A stretch of 64,000 bases of DNA. It comes from Glycera tridactyla. Lineage: Eukaryota. Positions 27,201 through 39,971 of the stretch are shown piece by piece. The stretch's first letter is position 1. Each line of letters starts with the position of its first letter. A program made the position numbers and the translations under genes. The DNA lies in contig OZ286459.1 of NCBI GenBank assembly GCA_965644265.1, forward strand, positions 128,092,001 through 128,156,000. Reading direction: 5' to 3'. The notes under the pieces are model-generated. The model was not told where the DNA came from. It was given only the letters and a program-made list of their open reading frames with translations, and searched no databases.

Positions 27201-27298
27201 AAATTTCCTGGGATCTCACTGGATCCCAATAGATACACGTTTCAGAAAATGTATCCATATTTCCGAAATTTGTGCATGGGTATGAATTCAAACCCCAA

Positions 27299-27771
27299 CC
27301 AATCAGTCAATCAAGCAGTAAACTCAATTAAACATGATCACCTATATCAGTGCAAGAAGCTTCTAATTATATAGAAACAGGGTCCTCTGATGGAATCGTG
27401 AGGGACTTGTGTTTCTGATTGAGCCGATGTATGTGTATGATTATGGGTCTGTCTGTATGAGTTTATAATAAAGATGTATTGGGCCCCGCTGACCACCGTT
27501 CCCTCATAACTCACCTCCCTATCAGCAACTCAATGCTCACTAACTTCCTACTTCTCGCATCAGATTCTGACAGGGTGCGAACCAATATCCCTCACACTCT
27601 CCCGCTGCCTCGTAAACATTACCTCCTGTTAACACTTTCAAGCCACTTCTGATTGGTCAGTCGTATTACTCATCATAATACCGTAGAACCCGCAAACGGC
27701 AAGCGCAAACGGCAAGCACGTTCCCTTCCCCAAAACTTGGTACCTCAAAACAGATGCTTACAACTTTGCAG
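27299..27771 (+). promoter_or_regulatory. Promoter-like intronic patch: CpG-rich with three CCAAT boxes
   Basis: CCAATCAG at 27299, CCAAT at 27582, ATTGG (ctgattggtcag) at 27652; 13 CpG in 27481-27720. Confidence 0.35.
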
Positions 27772-29106
27772 GTATATTTGGAAATGTTTCTCAACATTGA
27801 AGATAAATACCTGTATGTATTAAAATTTGATGGCAAATCTGAATGAAGTTTTTCAAATCAAATCAACTCAAAGTAGGTTCCATATCATTTCCTGTATATA
27901 TGAGATCTTTTGTAAATATTGAAGTTTGAATGCAGCTAAATATCTTGAATATCTGTATACTTCTATAATCGAATGGCATGATCAGTGGCGATCTCACCTC
28001 AGACCTCTGTGTTGAAGTCAAGTGTCATAGAAAATGTGAGAATGTGGGCGTGTAACGGTAAAGTAAGGCTGAAAGTGGAGGTTTGAAATCAATGACTGTG
28101 AGCATGGGACTGTAAAGTTAGGCTGAAAGTGAAGAAGGTTTGGAGAGCAGCGGGATCTGAAGATCTGTCGGGAACACTACTGTGGCAGCCCTAGAAATCC
28201 CGCAAAACCAACTATAGTCTGTTTCTGTCTCATTTGGTATTGGCCCCAGAAGGGCTCTGAGAGATATTACCGAGCATAATCCTGGTGATTTGTCTGTTGA
28301 ATTGCTGGAAGAGCAAGGGGTGTATTTATCCAGGCCAGAAGGTATGAATCACCCCCTGCAGGGTGAAGCAGCATAGCTCACCCTGTGCTACCGCAAGTCA
28401 TAACTGTATTTCTACAACTCATAACACACGGCTTGACAATGTAAATATAAGGCCCAAATATGCTTCAAAAACCCACTACATGGCTACTACACCCTTCAAC
28501 TCTTTCACAGTCAGATGCCTAATAAACCCTGGGTAGTGTCAGTGGAGACTATCATGCGTCTATCATGGGTTCAAGCCCGCGTCTATCATGGGTTCAAGCC
28601 CGAGTATCACCCAAAGTGGGCCCTAGTTGGAATGAAAAGATGTAAATATAGATTAAGTGGGTGATGAATATATGGGGTGGAAAGTTATTATTAAATGGTC
28701 AAAATTCTCTCTTTTTACCCCTCCGTCACTCTCTCAATCTCTGTTTCTCACNNNNNNNNNNNNNNNNNNNNNNNNNNNNNNNNNNNNNNNNNNNNNNNNN
28801 NNNNNNNNNNNNNNNNNNNNNNNNNNNNNNNNNNNNNNNNNNNNNNNNNNNNNNNNNNNNNNNNNNNNNNNNNNNNNNNNNNNNNNNNNNNNNNNNNNNN
28901 NNNNNNNNNNNNNNNNNNNNNNNCTCTTTCCATCTCTCTCACTCTCATGCACACATGCAGGCACACACACACTCACACTCGCACACACAGATTTCACTTG
29001 TGTTACTCTGAATAGGTACATTTGCGAATGCATATGGGTAAATGCAAAAATATTCAGGAAACAGTGAATGCTAACATGCGATGCAGATTTCTGATGCAGT
29101 CTGCTA

Positions 29107-29160
29107 GTGATGGAGGTGGTGATGGTGATGGTGATGGTGATGGTGAAGGTGAAGGTGGAA
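29107..29160. repeat. (GATGGT/GAAGGT)n hexanucleotide repeat
   Basis: Direct reading. Confidence 0.9.
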
Positions 29161-29513
29161 TGTGAAGGGTGTGATGAAGCGGAAGCATTAGATAATCTGT
29201 TGAGGAAGTACAGCTGTGGATCAACAAACACGCTGCCCCACTACTCACTCAACCGATTAATGCTAATTTAGGAGACTTGACTGGATTAAACTTGCCACTG
29301 TTTTCTCCATTAAATCAGATGCAGAAATCCACATAATTAGGCCCTGCCATCCCCCTTCCAGGATTAACCTTTTACATGCCTCAATCGCCGATCTGTCACG
29401 GACGCTCATCATCTTAACGGATCACACAGCACACTTAATCCTATTTTGTGAATAAAGACGTCTTGATTCATTTATTTGTTACATGGAGTTTGTACCTTTG
29501 TGATCACCAAGAC

Positions 29514-29645
29514 TACAGTGAAACCTGCTATGAGAGACCCCCACCCACCTATCCATGGAGAGCCCACCTTTGACTGGAGACTATTTCCTCAGGGCAGCTT
29601 TCCTATTTGGCATAGTCAAATACGCCTCTGATTAGAGACCACTAC
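29514..29645 (+). mobile_element. Truncated MITE copy, left TIR TA|CAGTGAAACCTG
   Basis: First 14 nt after the TA are identical to the left TIR of the 4003 element; internal homology to the 15620-15748 and 35473-35588 copies. No right TIR found. Confidence 0.8.
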
Positions 29646-32600
29646 ATCTAACTATCTGAAATCTTGCACTTCCATCAAAAGCAGTATGTTTTGTACAAAA
29701 GAAGATGAGGTTATGTGCTTTGAAGACCCTTGGAGTCAGATTTAGGGCCCCGATTACACTACAACTTACACGGCCTCAGTAGGAATATTTTCTATCATCC
29801 TGGTAACATTGTGAAGGACCCGATGACAGTAGCTCTCTACACATCAGCATCTGGTTATTTTATCAATATGCTACTGCAACAAAATATCCAATAGAAGTCT
29901 CTTGGGTTCATTTGTTAGATCTCGATGATTTGACTTGAGTATGGAATCGGTAATTAAACCATGTCTGATTTTGTTGAGTTCTGTGACAGAGGCTGTTTGA
30001 TGAATGAGATTAATCAGAAATGTGGCGGGGGAAGGGTTCGGGAAGGGTTCGCTGTTTTCATGCTGGTGCTGTCTTGACACTGTTGTGTGTATGTGTGATC
30101 TGAAGATGTTAGTGTGCCCTTTCATTCACGTTCACGCTGTCACTTGTGCTGTCATCAGCTTCTTATCAGATGAGACGGGAATGGAGCTGATGCTGGAGTT
30201 CCCGGGGTTTTCGCCCCAACTGTCCTCCAGGTTTCCACTCCACTCGCCAAGATCCACCTCATTCTTGAGACATCTCTCATCGCCAGTGTTCCATTGATTA
30301 CCCACCCCACCATCGCCCACCATCACAGCCACATGCCATGCTCTTGGAGGGGTCAGAAACCCCTAGATGCCAGGGTCAAATCAGAGTTCATAGATGGTGC
30401 ATGAAGGTATCCCCACTATTTCTTCACGGATTGTGTAATGTTGTCTCCCACTCCCCTATTATCTAGGCCAGCCAAGGTGTTTTCAAGCTTCATCTGTTAA
30501 CAATTTGGAGTATGAAAATGCTTCTCTTACTGGTTTGTAGCAGTGACATTTATGTGTATGTTTTATTGCTGGCCTTCCACAAATTAGAATTATTGTCTTG
30601 ATGCCTCAGAAACTCTCCTCTCCACAGCTACAGTTCTACTCTGCAGTTCCTGTGAACACTTGAATTATCCTATGTATTGTTTATCCTTATTTAGAATTTT
30701 TGTATTGTCACCATCTTTTTTGACCAGCACTGCTTCAAGTATTGACCCCCCCCCCCCCCCCCCCATCAAACAGTCAAGGTGATGATTCCATAGTTCATTC
30801 ACATCAAAAGTCCCTCACCATTCTTTAGATTACAGTGAAAACTGAGGTTTTCTAGAAGTGGACAGACTGTAGTTAGATCACTCAGATCTATTGGCTGTCC
30901 CAGGAGAGGCTTTTTAATTTGAAATTTTGATTTGAAATGTAGATTCATGAGGGTAGGATGAAGACCATATTTTCCCCTCTTGGCTGAGGCCATATCGAGG
31001 TGACATGGCTACTGTTGTGTGTTGGGGACTACTGTTGTGTGTTGGGGACTACTGTTGTGTGTTGGGGACTAGCAGTGGGTGCAGGTGTTTGCAATGTGGG
31101 CAGCTGAGAGTACCTAGATGAATGATGTTTATTTTTGAAGCCTTGTCTGTACCCATTGTCTCCCCATCATCTTCACCTTTGACTTGACCCCATGTGTAAG
31201 ACGCTGCCACCCTAGGCTGGCAGCCAAGGCTGAGGCCGCTAGATCATGGCTGGGGACCAGTTCACTTCAATTCAAGAGTATGATAACTCTGTAAGAGCAT
31301 TTCTTGCTGTGTTTATCTGAAAGTCATTATTTCCATCAAGGGGTTCTGTGTTCACTTATATTGAGTGAAATGTCTATATCCCATTATCCTGCACATGTTC
31401 TATTGCAGTTTACTACCCCCCCCCCCCCCCCCCCCCCCACCACCTGTCAACATATGCATGGGAATCATAGAGTACAGAGGCATAGTGACTCTCTATTCAC
31501 ATTTTCCCAAATTTCTTCACATTTATACTGTTGGATCTAGATTTCCTTTGATGAACAGAGCATGGAGCTCGTGCATATCACAATATAGCACATATGGTGT
31601 TGACAAGACTTTAAACCAGGACCAACCAAACAACCATAATTCTTTTCTTTATGCCAACTTCAGTGGTGGAATAGTATCACATGGATACCATCGGCATATT
31701 AGTACTAGTTTTACTCAATGGTGATTTCTCCTCTGAATCAAACCAAAAGTATTTTGTTAGTCACATTTTTCCTCATCTGTATTTTTATATGCATAGTAGT
31801 CTTCTTTTCATTTGGGAGTTGTCAGTTTGGTGTTGTTGCTTAAAAGGATTGATCATAGCAGCACCTCACATATTTTGACTTAGTATTGAGGGCAGTGTGT
31901 ATCAGCAGGGGTAATTTTTGCCTTAGAATACGACAAATGAAGGTTGGATGGGTGGCTTGATTTATCTGTATATGTCGTTAGTGAGTGTTGAGGCACAGTG
32001 GTATAAACACACTGTGAGTGTAAACACACAATTGTAAAGAGTAAAAGAGCCAATACTGTTCACACTTTCTGAAGCCATATGCCAGTGCTTCTGGGTGCCA
32101 GATTCTACTAATGATGCCAGCGGAAAATGGGTCTGTCAGCCTGGATTCATCACCCCCTTTTAACCCTTGTTCACATGAGCTATGCACTCTGGCAATATAT
32201 CATAAATTTGTTTATCAGCAGGTACTATGTAAGCTATGCATTTTCTGGTAATAAATGAGAATTTGAGGTAGAATGTTGATACATTTGTAACCTCATTTTG
32301 GAACTTCGGGTAGACAAACATTAACCACTTTGTCTGCTGTGAGTGACATGATAATCTGTTCAAGCATGGAAGGAAATTTTCAGCAATAAGCATGACAGAA
32401 TGGCGTCTGATTCAATTATCGAAAAGATAATTGGTAATATATTGAACCATAATTGAACAGAATAAGCTCAAATAGTGCTTCAATATTTTTTCTCAGCCAC
32501 TTGAAAATTGCCCTATTTTCATAGCCAGGTGAGTTTTGTATTAGTCAAAATCCTATCTTTGTGGATACAGTTATTCTGTGTTTGTTAGCTTGTACTTTTG

Positions 32601-34206
32601 AGCAGTGAATTGAGCAATTCCTCTTTAAGCTGCAGCTGTCATTGGATTCCAAAGGGGACACTGGGTCTTTCTTCTCAAGAGTGAGCAAGCCATGATGAAC
32701 ACTGTTCATCAGGAGCCTTGGCATCTTCTGTGATGGTAGGGTTAGTATACTAGCCCAGTGTGGGAAAGTTACATTTACACTTGGTTGAGGTGCGAGTGGC
32801 TGCTGTGAGCAAATGGTGGGGAAGTGGCACCCCCTGAGTATCAGAGCAATCCTTGCCACAATTTGTGGATACTTGAAATAGCTTTTCGTAACCACTAGGG
32901 TGTCAGAGATCTTACTGACATTCAAATCACTATCAGCTCCATAACTTGTATGAATGAGCTTCATCTCTCTCAAAAAAACGACCATCGGAATTATGAGTTT
33001 GTGATGGGAATCGTCCATTTTATCAATTTTGATTTCAATCCATCTATTTTCCTCATATTCCATTGAAAAATATCTTCTTTTACTGAAGTTGATGTTGGGC
33101 TCATTGTTTATGTTTCTCCATTTTCTTTCGAAAACACAGATGTGTTATAACAAATGGTATCCAGGTTTGTTGATTTCACAATCAACTACATGTATAAGAC
33201 TGCCCAGTGGAGTTCGATCATTCCATTTTGTGGGTATCACTGATGTTTCACTGTATTTTTGTATCAAGAATTGAAACTCTGTTAATGCCATTCCGTTCCT
33301 CCTCGTTATGAATGAGTTATCAATATATTCTGCAAATGGTTACAGTTTTTGATTGGTCAGGGAAAAAAATATCTCATTCATGTTGTAAAACTCGAGGGTT
33401 GTGGCTTGTGTTTACTCGTATTTGCCTCTGAAGCAGCTGTCTGTGATAATCATCTGGTAGCCTCCCTGACAGAAGCCAGTCTGGTGCCCTTTCACACCAC
33501 ACATGTGCCCCATAACCCTCCGCCCAACCAGCTGATCTCCGCTGATCCAAGCGAATTATAAAGTACCCCATCTTCCTCCAATTGGCTCCTGGTGACCTCG
33601 TGCCAAAACTCACCCCAGTCTTTACAGACAGATAGCTTTGGTGTTTGAGAGTGGGCAAGCCCGCAAAAAAAAAAACAAGAATCCTAGTCCTCAATGTACT
33701 GTGGGCATCTTTTCCTCAGAAACAGTCACATATTCTAATGTGCGTGCATGTGTGTGTGTCTGTGCGTCTAAATGGGATTTCTGGATGATCAAAACATAAA
33801 ATTAAAAAAGCAAATTCCTCTCTATGCAACTGATAATCTTTTCAAACCTATTTTCTTCAGAATAGTGCAATTTCCTTGTCATGTACATGTTTCATTTGTA
33901 TGGAATCTAAACCCTCATTCATACACACACTACTACAACTATAACACAAAGACCTATGAAGGGTTTGATCCCTCCTACACTTCAAAGGGGGTAGCAGAGA
34001 AGGGGTTAAACTTCTTGGTTCATGTCAGCTAGCTTATGTTGATAGAAATGTGATGTATTCAAACATGTTAAGCTTTAGTTTATATATGTTAAATCTATCC
34101 CCAATCTGTCTAGGCTGTCACCCTTGGTTACCTGTATATACCCCCAACAAAGAGGCTTGCCTCTTCTGCTGATTCATCACAATGCACACATGTACACACA
34201 CCCAAA

Positions 34207-34209
<3 letters not shown>

Positions 34210-34265
<56 letters not shown>
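34210..34265. repeat. (CA)n microsatellite
   Basis: Direct reading. Confidence 0.98.
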
Positions 34266-34268
<3 letters not shown>

Positions 34269-34639
34269 TGCACCTTTCATGTGTGCATCTATGCAGCCAC
34301 ATATGTGCATGTAGGACAAAGCAAACGTGTGAGATCTCATCCAATTTCCCGAGATGTGATTGCTCCTTGGAATGACATATTTCTCATTTTTTCTGTAGAC
34401 AAGGCACTGAATTTGTATATCAGGGCTGAGAATATTTATTAGGTTTGTTACTTTGAAGTATTTTTCAAAGTGAATTTCAGTGTTTACCCTTGTTATATGA
34501 AAAGAATCACTGCTTTCACTGCTTCACTTCAGTGCCTGATCACATCTATGGACCTTGAATGATGACCATTTTTACCGATGTCATTCATGTTAAATGCTGA
34601 TGTAAATATGCTCACACAGCAAGTTAGACATTGCACTTG

Positions 34640-35220
34640 CAAATCGTAAAAAGTAGATGAAGAGTAACGCGAATATAATGGTGTGGAGGAAGCATCATGG
34701 AGGTTGAATTGTATGCCAATGCGTGATTGGTTGCCGGTGTCTATCAGAGTGTAAGACGTGGCCATCGAATTGGCTTTGTGAACACTGACAGGCGATGCCT
34801 TTTACTCAGCGTATTTACCCAGGTGCTTTGCCTAATATTTGACTTTGCTGCCTGTACCATTAATGGTATGGGGTGATGATAATGGGCGCACAAGCCCCAA
34901 CCTACTGGCCACAATATGCCAGTATGCGCTCAATTCGGCCACAAATATTTGCGCGATGCAGCTTAGGTATTAGAGTGTTGACCGTCACCAAAGCTGGACG
35001 CTCCAGACATTAACGCAGTGCCAGAACGCACAAAACAACATCGTGGCACTAAGTAAGCTGCCTAATGATGTCGTTCACACCAGACGCATGACAAAACATG
35101 CCAGAAAGTCAGTGATTTTTTAAAGACGTTGGCAACTGTACACATATTGCATTACTCCGCTGATGGCCGGCCGCCTCATTGGTGACATTTGTTTAAACGA
35201 TTTCACTTGATACTCGTTCT
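34640..35220. promoter_or_regulatory. CpG-rich intronic patch (candidate enhancer or young TE remnant)
   Basis: 27 CpG counted in 34621-35220 versus 2 in a background stretch 10381-10980. Confidence 0.35.
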
Positions 35221-35472
35221 GTTCAGGCATCACCATTATGGCATGCAAGCTATTCGAAATACAGGTGTACAGTTGGAGTGTATTTTTGCCTCATTAAATT
35301 CAAACTTTTTGTATATTTGGAACAAACACACTTTTAATCAGTGCCATATGAGCCAAGGCGTTTATTTATTTCTTGTAGGAACGATTTCTCAACAATGTAT
35401 GCCTCTCCTCATAATGACCTGAAAGGGTAAAAGGGTATAAGTTCCAAAGAGTTCAGTATTCGTGTTTTCAAA

Positions 35473-35588
35473 TACAGTACCAATTCTATGAGACTTTCTT
35501 CTGATGGGAACCACTTTCTCAGAGCACCTCTTCTATTTGACATAGTCTGAAAAACACCTCATGAGAGACCACCTTTTTCGAAAGACCA
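35473..35588 (+). mobile_element. Degenerate MITE copy
   Basis: tacagtaccaattctatgagac ... ctatttgacatagtc ... atgagagaccacctttttcgaaagacc; shares blocks with the 29514 and position-24 copies. Confidence 0.65.
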
Positions 35589-36728
35589 TTATAGAGAAAA
35601 CATGATCAGCTTGGAGTATGACTCATTTTCTTTAATTCTGTGATATACTCTCTCAATCTCCCCATGATGATAGTATATGCAGGATGTGGAGCTGGAAGCG
35701 TCAGTAAAGATTGGGGTTTTTCATGGAGGTCTAGTGCCTGTAATCAGCTGACTGCTATGCCAAACTTTATCACCATCAACCTCGACAGCAGGGTGGAAAA
35801 AGAGTGAAATCAGATTGTTGGAAAAAAACTTTGGTGTTTGTAAATGAGGTTGGAGTTGTCTGTATTGTGTTGGTATTTATACTTAGCATGGCGTGCTACT
35901 TATGTCGGGATGTGTTCGTCTGAATCGGGTTGAATCACGGCCCTTGTCATGGGATCATATGATTTATCTTCTTCTAGTCAAGTTTTGGCCTACCCGGTAT
36001 TTGCCCTTAGGCACTTTGACTTACTCTTTGCTAACCCTATTTAGCCAAAATTAATTTTAATTTTATAAATATAATTGTTGCATTCTCAGCTCACCTGAAT
36101 CGACCTGACAAATAAATAATGCACATCAGTGGTCGATTTCAACTTCACTACTTTTCGCTTGATGCTAGACAAGTTGAGGAACGTTTGATATTACCTCACA
36201 AAATATAAAATGAATCAAATCAACATTGTTTTGAGTGAATCCTACTCGTTCATGTCGTTCATTACCAATTGATAGGAGATCCAGATCCAGAATACCTATC
36301 TGAATGTGGAATAGTATGGATATGAACAATAACAGTTGTTTAAGGAGAGATTGATTCGGAGGGGGTGAGTGATTTGTTTGAGAGGTGGCAGGTAGGTGGT
36401 TAGAGTGGATTTCCATGTGCTAAGTTGCCTAGGAAGTTATCATGCAGGCCTGGGAAGTGTGCCCACATTGCTAGTGTTTAATAATCCTTCAGCACCCTCT
36501 CTCCAGGGGAAACCCTTCAACAGCCAAACAGATTTCACTTCTCCCATCACAAACATCTGATCCAGGGGCTCAATTTTACGGAAGTAGTCGACAGTTCAGA
36601 CACACCTCCATTTGGACACATGTACAACATAAACTTAATGATGGTATGTACTACAAGTGAGCAAGATGGGGAGCAATCAAGATGGGGGAGTGAACAAAAT
36701 AGAAATGGGTGAGCCAGGTGGGAGAGTA

Positions 36729-37050
36729 TGCAAGATGGGTGAGTGAGTGTGATAGTTGGGTGAGCAAGATGGGTGAGTGAGTGTGATAGTTGTGTGAGCA
36801 AGATGGGTGAGTGAGTGTGATAGTTGGGTGAGCATGATGGGTGAGTGAGTGTGATAGTTGTGTGAGCAAGATGGGTGAGTGAGTGTGATAGTTGGGTGAG
36901 CATGATGGGTGAGTGAGTGTGATAGTTGTGTGAGCAAGATGGGTGAGTGAGTGTGATAGTTGGGTGAGCATGATGGGTGAGTGAGTGTGATAGTTGTGTG
37001 AGCAAGATGGGTGAGTGAGTGTGATAGTTGGGTGAGCATGATGGGTGAGT
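36729..37050. repeat. 34-bp minisatellite (about 9.5 units) with 68-bp higher-order alternation
   Basis: Unit gagca(a/t)gatgggtgagtgagtgtgatagttg(g/t)gt; flanked by degenerate gggtgagtgag-rich sequence to about 37205. Confidence 0.95.
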
Positions 37051-38190
37051 GGACAAGATAGAAGGGTGAGTGAGGCAGGTGGCAGAGTGAGCAAGATGGG
37101 TGAGTGAGTGTGATGGGTGAGTGGGTGAGCAGGTGAGCAAGATATGTGAGTGTGCAAGTTGGGTTTAGTGGGTGAGATGGGTGAGTGAGTAAAATGGGTG
37201 AGTGAGCGGGATGGATGGAGAGCGGGAGAGTTGGTGGTCGTTGGGTTTTGATTCTGTTGACTTATGCAAGCCCATGACTGCCAACAGTGGGTCTAGTGAG
37301 CAAACATCCCCCACCATCCACCTTCCACCTTCCACCTTCTCCCTCTCTTCAGCACCATCCCTCAACCTCCACTTTCTTTTCCAGGCCGGCAACTCTCACT
37401 GCCCTATGTATTGTCCACTTTATCATGACAGATGAAAAGATCCGCCATACCTTTTCGGATGCTTTAGTACATGGTTTTTATCTTCGTATTCATCCACCTG
37501 CCAGAGAAATATTTGTCACTGCTGGTTCTGTGTGAAAATTCACACACAAAAATTTGCACATTGAAAGTAAGGGGCAGCTGCGGATGTATTGAACCATGTT
37601 GTAAGCTGATAGTGTCGCCTGCTGCTGTTTACATTTCATTTCAGCACAGTAACACCATTCAAAATTATGAATATTTGCAAGATTTTGAGTGTTTCTTAGC
37701 TTTTAAAGCAACCTGTGACTTAAAAACAAAAAGGCAAATTACCTTGAATTTGGGGTCGAATGTTGCATGAATTCTTTGCTGGCCACTGATCGAGAAGTGT
37801 GATAGATTATAAAGATGATGCACAAATAGAATGAAAACCTGGAATATTTCACTGAATAAGTTTTTCACTGCAGGGATATCCATATTTCTCAAGGCCAAGC
37901 CTGAGTGAGATCATTACATGAAATTAATAAATGAAATATCATGACCTTCTTGAGAAAGCAATGTGAAACAGGAATGTGTTCTAGAGTCACTCTTTTCAGA
38001 TCAACTGCCGACCTTGGCTTTTGGAGTTCTATATCCAGTGAAAAAGTCACTTGTAATGATTTTTTTTTATTTTACTACATAAAATTGATGTAATCTTAGT
38101 ATGTTGAATACCGAAATAAATCACTGATTTTAATGCCTTCAGTATTTCAGGTTCAGTGTACATAGTCAATATGAGAATCTTTGCCCCATT

Positions 38191-38521
38191 TGAGTGTGAC
38201 TTTGACTTGCCGAGTCTGAGTGTGAATTTGACTTGCCGAGTCTGAGTGTGAATTTGACTTGCCGAGTCTGAGTGTGACTTTGACTTGCCAAGTCTGAGTG
38301 TGACTTTGACTTGCCAAGTCTGAGTGTGACTTTGACTTGCCAAGTCTGAGTGTGACTTTGACTTGCCGAGTCTGAGTGTGACTTTGACTTGCCAAGTCTG
38401 AGTGTGACTTTGACTTGCCGAGTCTGAGTGTGACTTTGACTTGCCGAGCCTGAGTGTGACTTTGACTTGCCGAGCCTGAGTGTGACTTTGACTTGCCGAG
38501 TCTGAGTGTGACTTTGACTTG
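38191..38521. repeat. 26-bp minisatellite (about 12.7 units)
   Basis: Unit tgagtgtga(c/a)tttgacttgcc(g/a)ag(t/c)c, head-to-tail with no spacers. Confidence 0.95.
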
Positions 38522-39888
38522 TGGGCTGATTTTTTTGGTGCCATTATGCAGTATGCACGGTCAATAGGACATCATCAGTAGGTGTTGGCTGGTATGGATT
38601 TTCTGCCAGTTTGACTCTCATGCTTGACGTTTGACGAGGCTATTTACTTGCCTGTCTAGCTGACACGTCTTCTACTGTACCTTGTGTGGTCTTCCACCTT
38701 GTGCGCTTGCCGTTTTTCTTGTCCTTGTAGTGGGCTGTCTTGTCTCCATATCCATTGCAGAGGTAGATTATGTTTGCTAGACTTTGCTGGATGATGCGCA
38801 ATACAGATTGTTGAACATCCGTCATCAGCAGAGCATTTGGAGGTTGACAATTTCTTGTCCTTTCCACATGCTGGGCTGCCCTGTCTTTGATTTTCATTCT
38901 CTGTTATTCAAAATTTGCTAAAGCATTCCTAATACTATATTATAAAGAATCAATCTCTTAAATTTCTCAGCAAATTCCCTTTGTAATTTTTGTTCTGTTT
39001 TTTTTATCGGGGGGGGGGGGGGGGGGGGGGGGTTAGGTAGGTCAAACTAAGGAGTGAAGATGAGAAACACCCTCCCTTGTTTATATTCAGCTCCTGTAAT
39101 AAAGCTTGAGATCCAGGGGCCCTGTGATAATCTGACCATGGATTATGTGCCCTGCTCAGATTGCACATTGTCTGCAGGCTTATCACTGGGTCATCTCCTT
39201 GTCTTCCCATTGTTTCTTATCCCCATATCTCTAGCCATTTAGTCATCCATAATTTTAAGATAACATATATATATACGCTGTATTCATATTCTCTCAAGCT
39301 GGTTTGTGTTTTCGACCATCGCCATGAACGCAACAGAATTACGTGTATCTTCACCCGACCAGTTCTTGTAGCTGAATTGGCTTTTGGGTAATTTCTATGA
39401 TTGTGGTCAACATTGTGAATTTCAGCTTTTAGAAAATGAGTTGAAATTGGCCCATGTTGAACATTGATAGGCTCCTGCTAAGGGAGGAGAAGGGCAATCG
39501 GCCAACAATTTTAAAAACCTGGATGCAGTGGTACCCTGGGACTTGATGTGATGCATTTTTTGATACAGGTCTAAGTGGTAAATGGCTATCTCAAAACTTC
39601 ACTAAGGTTTTATCGAAGTTCGGTTTCAACTCCAGGGTGTCTATGATTTTATACCTTGCTAGTGATAAACCCTGGAGGGAAGGATTTTTGAAATACTGAG
39701 TTTCACCTGTAACTCCTTTTACTTGACACAGAATATGAGAAGTATTTGTTTTTGTTTTTGACAAATAATTAGAGATATGGTGACACTGTATAAATTCTCT
39801 CATACTAAGCATGAACACATGCCAAGCATGTAAAGTTTTCCATGTGCTTGAGATTGGTCTGATAGTATAACTTCTATGTTTGTAAAAG

Positions 39889-39940
39889 GATAATGATGAA
39901 AATAATAATAATAATGATAATAATAATTATAATAATAATG

Positions 39941-39970
<30 letters not shown>
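39889..39970. repeat. (AAT/GAT)n microsatellite
   Basis: Direct reading. Confidence 0.95.

Positions 39971-39971
<1 letters not shown>

Noticed and set aside
32545-33063. 172-aa antisense ORF
   Set aside because: No recognisable domain or supporting splice structure; ORFs of this length arise by chance in 64 kb.
36547-37157. 197-, 168- and 120-aa His/Thr/Leu-rich minus-strand ORFs
   Set aside because: They are translations of the 34-bp minisatellite, whose minus strand lacks stops in all frames.
36729-38521. CRISPR-like appearance of 26-34 bp repeats
   Set aside because: Units are directly head-to-tail with no unique spacers, no cas genes, and the context is a eukaryotic intron.
38047-38544. 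Histone-like basic ORF starting MAPKKSAHKSKS
   Set aside because: Repeating KSKSHSDSASQ units come from the 26-bp minisatellite; there is no histone fold.
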